From the IMG/VR virus record IMGVR_UViG_2541047931_000009: a DNA stretch of 15,450 nt; one strand, written 5' to 3'. Position numbers and translations under genes: made by a program. The DNA comes from a virus. Its lineage: Duplodnaviria > Heunggongvirae > Uroviricota > Caudoviricetes. The notes under the pieces were generated by a model. That model saw only the letters and a list, made by a program, of their open reading frames with translations, had not been told where the DNA came from and searched no databases. Below are positions 9,418-15,450 of the stretch, piece by piece (within the stretch, counting starts at the first letter, position 1; each line of letters opens with the position of its first letter).

Positions 9418-10671
9418 ATGCTTGCTGGCTTTTCGCCTGGTTATAAGCAAATAACTGTAGGTGATGATGTTATTAAAATGCCATCCGATAAGGTTGTTAG
9501 CTTCAAACGCGCATCAGGTGCAACATACATTAATAAATCAGGAGTATTAACCGTTGCTGAAGTTGACGAACCGCGATTTGAACGAGAAGGTTTGCTGATT
9601 GAAGGACAAAGAACCAACTATCATCTTAATTCACTTACGCCATCTAAGTGGGGAGCTACAACAAGTGTAACTATAACAGAAAGTGGTGTTGATGAGTTTG
9701 GCTTTACTTATGGGCGGTTTCAAATAAAGGACGAAAAAATTGGGACAAATACGACAATGAATATCGCTGCGGTTTCAGGAGGAAGAGGTGTCGATGTTAC
9801 TGGAACTGAAAAGTATGTTACAACATCATGTCGTGTAAAAAGCGATAGTGCTAATATACAATGTCGTATAAGATTTGAAAGATATGACGGGTCCGCATAT
9901 TTTTATCTGGCAGATGCATATCTTAATATAACAGATATGTCCATTAGGAAAACGGGAGGAGGGGCTGCAAGAATAACCGCCCGAGCGGAGAAAGAATCTA
10001 ATGGATGGATTTATTTCGAGGTTACATATCAATCTGAAGCTATTGATAATATGGTTGGCTCTCAGATCCAAATTGCTCCACCTGTTTCACCTGGAACTTA
10101 TTTGGGCGGGGAATATTTGGATGTTACGACACCACAATTTGAAGGCGGCTCATGCGCATCATCTTTTATCATTTCCGATACAGTTGCATCAACGCGAGCA
10201 AGCGATATTGTTACATTGCCTTGTAAAAATAACATGGCCAGCAAACCTTTAACCTGCATGGTTGAAGTGAATAAAAATTGGTCTATAGCACCAAATTCCG
10301 CGCCTAGAATTTATGATATAACAGGATTTAAAACAAAAGACGACGCTTTTGTTTTTGCATTCAGAAATACAGCAGGTAGTGTAGGAACTCCATATGTTCA
10401 ATTTGGTAATCCAATATCATTTCCACCTGGAAATTACCCAAGAAAGATTATCGCTGTATATAGAATAAAAAGCGATGGCAAGTTTCAGGCTGGCTGCAAT
10501 GGGGTTTTATCAACACCAGCATCAACAACGTGGAAGAGTGTTAGTGGTGCTACAGGTATAAGGATTGGAGGCCAGACTACAGCCGGCTTACGTCATTTAT
10601 TTGGTTATATCAGGAATTTTAGAATATGGCATAAAGAATTAACCGATGCGCAAATGGGAGAGATAATATAA
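9418..10671 (+). CDS. Tail-fibre distal (receptor-binding) segment with C-terminal LamG/concanavalin-like domain; 5-prime truncated by IS5 (417 aa remain)
   Basis: Reading frame is open from the IS5 junction (stop at 9403-9405 lies in the flank); C-terminus ...GLRHLFGYIRNFRIWHKELTDAQMGEII is a typical LamG-domain ending; sits in the tail-fibre position before tfa and pin. Confidence 0.55.
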   Translation: MLAGFSPGYKQITVGDDVIKMPSDKVVSFKRASGATYINKSGVLTVAEVDEPRFEREGLLIEGQRTNYHLNSLTPSKWGATTSVTITESGVDEFGFTYGRFQIKDEKIGTNTTMNIAAVSGGRGVDVTGTEKYVTTSCRVKSDSANIQCRIRFERYDGSAYFYLADAYLNITDMSIRKTGGGAARITARAEKESNGWIYFEVTYQSEAIDNMVGSQIQIAPPVSPGTYLGGEYLDVTTPQFEGGSCASSFIISDTVASTRASDIVTLPCKNNMASKPLTCMVEVNKNWSIAPNSAPRIYDITGFKTKDDAFVFAFRNTAGSVGTPYVQFGNPISFPPGNYPRKIIAVYRIKSDGKFQAGCNGVLSTPASTTWKSVSGATGIRIGGQTTAGLRHLFGYIRNFRIWHKELTDAQMGEII

Positions 10672-10952
10672 TGCGAGATTTAATTATCAAATTCACAGAC
10701 AAGGCCGACTTTTCGGCCTTTATGAAGAGTGCTGGCTATTATGATGACGAGTCGATGCAGGATGATATTCTTATTGACGTGATAGGTAACGTGTACAAAG
10801 AAACCGGAGAACTTACTGAAGATGGCGAGCCGGTATGTGTTAAGGAAGACGGATATTTTGTAAACGTGCGCATCATTAATGATGCAAAAAAATCGTCAAT
10901 ATTCGATAAATACGCGGTTGTTGTTGAGCATCAACTTCGTGGCTGGATGTGA
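10671..10952 (+). CDS. Hypothetical acidic protein, 93 aa, translationally coupled to the fibre gene
   Basis: ATG overlaps the upstream stop (TAATG at 10669-10673); MRDLIIKFTDKADFSAFMKSAGYYDDESMQDD...; no recognisable motif. Confidence 0.5.
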   Translation: MRDLIIKFTDKADFSAFMKSAGYYDDESMQDDILIDVIGNVYKETGELTEDGEPVCVKEDGYFVNVRIINDAKKSSIFDKYAVVVEHQLRGWM

Positions 10953-10961
10953 GGCAGGAAA

Positions 10962-11666
10962 ATGGCTACATCGACAGTAATTCCAGGAGATATCACCAAG
11001 CTAAAGGGGGATGTCAGTAAAGCTAAGGAAGATATTTCATCAATTAGCAGAAAAGTATCAACGCTTCAGACTGAGATGACCAGTGCAAAGCAGGATATCA
11101 GCTCCAGATACACAAAAACTGAAGTTGATAATAAGCTGAAAAACAAAGTGGAAGTGAACGATCTGGAAAGTGGTCGTTATGGCGGAGATTTTTATCCACT
11201 GACAGGTCGTGAAGCGTTTTATTTATGGAATTTGGCCACGACTACAGCGGCGGCAAACCTTTATCTTAATCCTGACCGTGCAATTTCGTCTGTGCTGCGG
11301 TCAACATCGTCTATCCGCTATAAACATTCAGTAGAGACAATAGATTCAGAGCACGCCGATCTCATTTTCAGGATGCGCCCTGTGTGGTACAGGTCGCAAT
11401 GCGAAAATGACAGGCGTGACTGGGGATTCTACGGATTGATTGCCGAGGAAGTAGGAGAAATTGCTCCTCAGTTTGTACACTGGCGACCAGCTAACGAAGA
11501 TGATGCTCCTGAAGCTATTTCCAGCAATGGCCTTGTTGCCGAAGGTGTAATGTACGAACGTCTGGTTGTTCCACTGATTCACCATATCCAGAAACTGACT
11601 GAAAGAGTTGATGAACTTGAGTCAGAATTAAAGTTGTTATTAACTTCCCGAAGCGATATTAGATAA
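10962..11666 (+). CDS. Short fibre-like protein: N-terminal coiled coil plus C-terminal peptidase-S74-like intramolecular chaperone domain, 234 aa
   Basis: Heptad-like N-terminus (DITKLKGDVSKAKEDISSISRKVSTLQTEMTSAKQDIS); C-terminal block SIRYKHS...FRMRPVWY...GFYGLIAEEVGEIAPQFV...YERLVVPLIHHIQKLTERVDELESEL resembles the self-cleaving chaperone domain of endosialidase and T5-type fibres. Confidence 0.6.
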   Translation: MATSTVIPGDITKLKGDVSKAKEDISSISRKVSTLQTEMTSAKQDISSRYTKTEVDNKLKNKVEVNDLESGRYGGDFYPLTGREAFYLWNLATTTAAANLYLNPDRAISSVLRSTSSIRYKHSVETIDSEHADLIFRMRPVWYRSQCENDRRDWGFYGLIAEEVGEIAPQFVHWRPANEDDAPEAISSNGLVAEGVMYERLVVPLIHHIQKLTERVDELESELKLLLTSRSDIR

Positions 11667-11676
11667 AGGAGGAGTA

Positions 11677-11970
11677 ATGGATATAACACCTTTTCTTCAT
11701 GCGCTTTGTGCTGTGGCTGCGCAGACACTGGTTGGTCTTTTTACCGGAAACTGGGCTTATGGGGCGATAGCTGGTTGTACGTTCTTCATTGCGCGTGAAC
11801 ACACCCAGGCAGAATATCGCTGGATTGAAATGTTCGGGCATGGCAAGCGGATTAACATGCCGTGGTGGGGCGGTTTTGATCCGCGTGTTTGGGATGTGGC
11901 AAGCCTGATGGATTTTGCTGTGCCGGTGGTGGCGTGTCTGCTGATCTGGCTGTTGGTTAATCGTGGGTGA
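11677..11970 (+). CDS. Small integral membrane protein, 97 aa, about 3 TM segments, unknown function
   Basis: Strong SD AAGGAGGAG 5 nt before ATG 11677; hydrophobic segments FLHALCAVAAQTLVGLF, WAYGAIAGCTFFIA, LMDFAVPVVACLLIWLLV. Confidence 0.6.
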   Translation: MDITPFLHALCAVAAQTLVGLFTGNWAYGAIAGCTFFIAREHTQAEYRWIEMFGHGKRINMPWWGGFDPRVWDVASLMDFAVPVVACLLIWLLVNRG

Positions 11971-11980
11971 AAAAAGGTGA

Positions 11981-12100
11981 GCTGTATATGCAACGGAGGA
12001 AGAAACCCCGTTGCTGGAAGCCAGGAAAAAGTATCGGGTGTTGCTGAACCGTGTTGATACGTCAACTGCACAGGATATTGAATGGCCAGCACTGCCGTAG
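11981..12100 (+). pseudogene. Relic 3-prime end of a tail-fibre assembly (tfa) gene, last ~39 codons only
   Basis: Frame from 11981 to TAG 12098-12100 reads [39 protein letters not shown], closely matching the recalled lambda Tfa C-terminus (...[29 protein letters not shown]); an in-frame TGA lies at 11978-11980 just upstream. Confidence 0.6.
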
Positions 12101-12197
12101 GGTAAAACATATAAATTCTATAATTAGATGTATCTTTCCATTTACGGCAAGGAAGGGGGCTTGGAAGACGTAAAGCATCTCACACCGAGATTATTTT

Positions 12198-12788
12198 TTA
12201 TATGTCAGGTGTCTGAAGTTTTGCTTTGGCTCTTAAAATGGTTTGCCGCGAGGTTTTGAATTCCCGGGCAATGGCACTTATACTTACACCTGACTTAATC
12301 CGTTCGAATACCACCTGTTTCTGTTCTTCATTTAACACAGGTGGTCGACCAAAACGTTTCCCTGCGCCCCGGGCTCTTACTATCCCGGAATGAGTGCGTT
12401 CAAGTAAAAGGTCTCGTTCAAATTCAGCGACTGCTGAAATTACTTGCATCATCATTTTTCCTGTTGGACTGGTCAGGTCAATGCCCCCCAATGCTAAGCA
12501 ATGCACTCTGATACCTGTTTCGGTCAGTTGTTCCACTGTTTTCCTGATATCCATTGCATTACAACCAAGGCGATCCAATTTTGTCACAATCAATTGATCA
12601 CCACATTTCAGGCGAGCAAGCAACCGGTTAAAACCAGGACGCTCACTGGTTGCTGCTGAGCCGCTAATGTGTTCTTCGATTATTTGCTGAGGTTTGATTT
12701 TAAAACCTGCACTTTCGATTTCCCGGCGTTGATTTTCGGTGGTCTGATCCAGCGTTGATATCCGACAGTAAGCAAAAATTCGAGACAT
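12198..12788 (-). CDS. pinQ: Serine recombinase (resolvase/invertase family), 196 aa
   Basis: N-terminal catalytic region [15 protein letters not shown]... (active-site Ser context), LDRLGCN motif, C-terminal HTH ([20 protein letters not shown]); convergent with the fibre module. Confidence 0.88.
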
Positions 12789-13103
12789 AGTGAGACTCTA
12801 TACGAAATTGGTGTTCATATCATAATGCATCTCAGAAAATAATTTTGATTATTTTTGTGCATATTTGTATGTACACGTTCGAAAATAAACGAATGCGTAT
12901 GCAACCCCGTAATTTTGGTGAGACCCAAAATCGATTTTGTGAAAAATGGCTTTAACTCGGTTTGTTTTTCGAGTTCCAGGCGGACTCAAGGAAGAAGAAT
13001 AGTGTTGCGTGTTATTTTAACCAGATTTCAAGTTGTTTGGTCGTGGAAAAGTGGAGCAAAATGTTGTTAAAGTGGAAAATGATAAAAAAGTAAGTTAATT
13101 ATA

Positions 13104-13337
13104 TTACATTTTACCATTTAAATTTTGGTTGTCTTTAAGAACTGATATCGCTGTTTGTAATAATTCTTTGTTATCCAGCCATGATTTTTTCTTTATGTTT
13201 CCTTCAATGTAATCAAGCAATGTTCTGGTATTGATAGGTCTTCCCTGTTTTGCTACTTCCACTACAGCATCCCCTAGGATAATTCTTACTTCAGGAAGCT
13301 GCGCAGGGAACCACTTTAGGGTGTCTTTTGATTTCAT
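13104..13337 (-). CDS. ydfK: Small prophage protein (YdfK/YnaE family), 77 aa
   Basis: Minus-strand ATG at 13337 (MKSKDTLKWF...) preceded by AAGGAA 7 nt upstream; the track ORF start at 13370 has no SD. Confidence 0.7.
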   Translation of the reverse strand: MKSKDTLKWFPAQLPEVRIILGDAVVEVAKQGRPINTRTLLDYIEGNIKKKSWLDNKELLQTAISVLKDNQNLNGKM

Positions 13338-14034
13338 GAAGATATTCCTTAAAATATTATTGATTTTCATTGCGATATTGTATGTCTGATTCAGGATATG
13401 TTGACTTATACATCGGTTTTGTCTGGGTTATTGGATATGCCAATCCCTAATTTTATTAGGGCATGACTAAAAATGCTGAATATGATAAGGAGAGAAGTGA
13501 TTATCAGTATGCTGTTCATATAGCCTCGAATTAGTAATGTGTTATATATGATATAGTTGACGATTTTTATCTTGGGTGTTCTTAAAGTTCGTAGATAAAC
13601 ATTGTCGTTTCAGGTATACAGGAATGCTAACAGGTGGCAGCAAAAATCAGGCGGTTTATGGCGCAAGCTGAAGCGGCAACTGCAAACTATCTTATGCAGA
13701 GACTCTACACGGATTGGGTTTAAAAGTATACATAGATAACAGTTTTTATCTGAAGAAGAAAAATATCAAGGTGATATAGCCTATATGCCTTTGATGCGGA
13801 GGAATGAATGTGATGGGAGTGATGTATCTGAATAGTTGAAAAACCGCAGACACGCCTTATGCAAGAACGTGCTGCGGTTGGCTGGTAAATTTTTCGATAG
13901 TGTGTGTATTGAATGATTTCCAGCCGTTCTTGATTTTACGCATAAATCCATGAAAAAACCACTTATCTGTTGGGGAGTTTTTTTGGGGCATATATGGGAC
14001 AGAAATAGGCCCCAGATAGACACTGAGATCGAAC

Positions 14035-14122
14035 TCAGGATGCTTTTTAAAAAATGCAACTATCTGAAAAAACCTAGATCAGGATGCTTTTTAAAAAATG
14101 CAACTATCTGAAAAAACCTAGA
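14035..14122. repeat. Perfect tandem direct repeat, 2 x 44 bp
   Basis: TCAGGATGCTTTTTAAAAAATGCAACTATCTGAAAAAACCTAGA occurs at 14035-14078 and again at 14079-14122; a degenerate third CAGGATGGG follows near 14139. Confidence 0.9.
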
Positions 14123-14166
14123 AAACGCCAAGGGAACCACAGGATGGGAAAAAACACCTGTGAATT

Positions 14167-15450
14167 ATGGATTTCCAGTTATATTCGCTCGGCGCAGCGT
14201 TAGTGTTTCATGAAATATTTTTTCCTGAATCATCAACGGCAATGGCGTTAATTCTGGCAATGGGAACCTACGGTGCAGGTTATGTGGCGCGTATTGTCGG
14301 AGCATTTATTTTCGGCAAAATGGGCGACAGAATAGGGCGTAAAAAAGTGCTCTTTATTACCATCACCATGATGGGGATCTGTACCACCTTAATTGGTGTG
14401 TTACCGACCTATGCACAGATTGGTGTTTTTGCACCCATCTTGCTGGTGACGTTGCGTATTATTCAGGGGTTGGGTGCAGGTGCGGAAATTTCCGGTGCCG
14501 GTACGATGCTGGCGGAATATGCGCCAAAAGGTAAGCGCGGAATTATCTCCTCATTTGTGGCTATGGGAACTAACTGCGGAACCTTGAGCGCAACGGCAAT
14601 CTGGGCCTTTATGTTCTTCATTCTCAGTAAAGAGGAACTGCTGGCGTGGGGATGGCGTATACCGTTCCTGGCGAGCGTTGTCGTGATGGTCTTTGCTATC
14701 TGGTTGCGTATGAATCTGAAAGAAAGCCCGGTCTTTGAGAAGGTTAACGACAGTAACCAACCGACAGCAAAACCTGCACCTGCTGGTAGCATGTTCCAGA
14801 GCAAATCCTTCTGGCTGGCAACAGGGCTGCGTTTTGGTCAGGCGGGTAACTCCGGGTTAATTCAGACTTTCCTTGCAGGCTATTTAGTGCAGACGTTATT
14901 GTTTAACAAAGCAATTCCAACAGATGCATTGATGATCAGTTCGATTCTCGGCTTTATGACCATTCCGTTCCTTGGTTGGTTATCCGATAAAATTGGTCGC
15001 CGGATCCCGTATATTATTATGAATACCTCCGCGATTGTGCTGGCATGGCCAATGCTTTCTATCATTGTAGATAAAAGCTATGCCCCGAGCACCATTATGG
15101 TTGCACTGATTGTGATTCATAACTGTGCGGTGCTGGGATTATTTGCTCTGGAAAACATTACCATGGCAGAAATGTTCGGCTGTAAAAACCGCTTTACCCG
15201 GATGGCTATTTCTAAAGAAATTGGTGGTCTTATCGCTTCCGGTTTTGGTCCTATCCTGGCGGGTATTTTCTGCACCATGACGGAATCCTGGTATCCGATC
15301 GCCATTATGATCATGGCATATTCAGTGATTGGTTTAATCTCTGCGCTGAAAATGCCAGAGGTGAAAGACCGTGATTTAAGTGCGCTGGAAGACGCTGCGG
15401 AAGATCAACCGCGTGTTGTAAGAGCTGCGCAACCTTCCAGAAGTCTGTAA
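14167..15450 (+). CDS. ydfJ: MFS transporter (metabolite:H+ symporter family), N-terminally truncated host gene, 427 aa
   Basis: 12-TM-type hydropathy and the MFS loop motif GKMGDRIGRKK; the ORF begins inside what should be TM1 (MDFQLYSLGAALVFHEIFFP aligns with internal residues of ShiA-type transporters), so about 30 N-terminal residues are missing. Confidence 0.85.
   Translation: MDFQLYSLGAALVFHEIFFPESSTAMALILAMGTYGAGYVARIVGAFIFGKMGDRIGRKKVLFITITMMGICTTLIGVLPTYAQIGVFAPILLVTLRIIQGLGAGAEISGAGTMLAEYAPKGKRGIISSFVAMGTNCGTLSATAIWAFMFFILSKEELLAWGWRIPFLASVVVMVFAIWLRMNLKESPVFEKVNDSNQPTAKPAPAGSMFQSKSFWLATGLRFGQAGNSGLIQTFLAGYLVQTLLFNKAIPTDALMISSILGFMTIPFLGWLSDKIGRRIPYIIMNTSAIVLAWPMLSIIVDKSYAPSTIMVALIVIHNCAVLGLFALENITMAEMFGCKNRFTRMAISKEIGGLIASGFGPILAGIFCTMTESWYPIAIMIMAYSVIGLISALKMPEVKDRDLSALEDAAEDQPRVVRAAQPSRSL

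Noticed and set aside
9826-10252. ORFs 9826-10071 (-) and 10001-10252 (+)
   Set aside because: Internal to the fibre ORF in other frames; Ile/Cys-rich noise.
11346-12110. Minus-strand ORFs 11346-11585, 11659-11841, 11757-12110
   Set aside because: Antisense to the S74-domain gene, the membrane-protein gene and the tfa relic; the plus-strand features have SDs and recognisable protein features.
9401-12940. Invertible tail-fibre segment (Gin/Pin-type shufflon)
   Set aside because: A pin recombinase next to fibre genes suggested it, but all fibre-module ORFs are on one strand, there are no inverted alternative fibre/tfa copies, and no pair of inverted crossover sites was found in the window.
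12394-13070. Plus-strand ORFs 12394-12597 and 12855-13070
   Set aside because: The first is antisense to pinQ; the second lies in the pinQ-ydfK intergenic region with no SD and a low-complexity translation. The region is flagged only for its repeat motifs.
13781-14059. Minus-strand 92-aa ORF between ydfK and ydfJ
   Set aside because: No SD, overlaps the tandem repeat and a stem-loop, low-complexity translation; more likely noncoding junction or regulatory DNA.
14035-14122. Possible CRISPR array
   Set aside because: Only two contiguous identical 44-bp units with no spacers and no cas genes; it is a tandem duplication, not a CRISPR.
14463-15314. Minus-strand ORFs inside ydfJ (113, 69, 61, 65 aa)
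   Set aside because: Antisense to a well-supported 12-TM transporter ORF; no independent signals.

Overview
This window reads as the late/lysis half of a lambdoid cryptic prophage (Qin-like, Escherichia coli type) ending at a prophage-truncated host transporter gene. Gene names are recalled from the K-12 Qin prophage; no database search was run, so names are less certain than the coordinates. Left to right: hokD toxin, rem, ydfU (DUF968 with HNH-like Cys/His motif), Q antiterminator quuQ, a late-promoter/terminator pair, cspF (minus) and cspB (plus) with a cspA-like cold-shock leader, a small Zn-ribbon ORF (minus), a phage-21-type lysis cassette (pinholin essQ, ydfR, SAR-type endolysin rrrQ, nested spanins rzpQ/rzoQ), cspI, small genes (ynfQ-like, ynfN, gnsB), ydfO and a 5-prime-clipped ynfO-like ORF (minus), a complete IS5 (8206-9400) with non-matching flanks, then a mosaic tail-fibre module (5-prime-truncated LamG-type fibre segment, 93-aa protein, 234-aa protein with peptidase-S74-like chaperone domain, 97-aa membrane protein, a relic tfa 3-prime end), a convergent serine recombinase (pinQ-like), ydfK, a perfect 44-bp tandem duplication, and 5-prime-truncated MFS transporter ydfJ. 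No tRNA, rRNA or CRISPR array was seen. The most likely place for something undescribed is the IS5-bounded fibre/accessory cassette at 9.4-12.1 kb; smaller candidates are the Zn-ribbon ORF near 4.1 kb and the tandem repeat near 14.1 kb.
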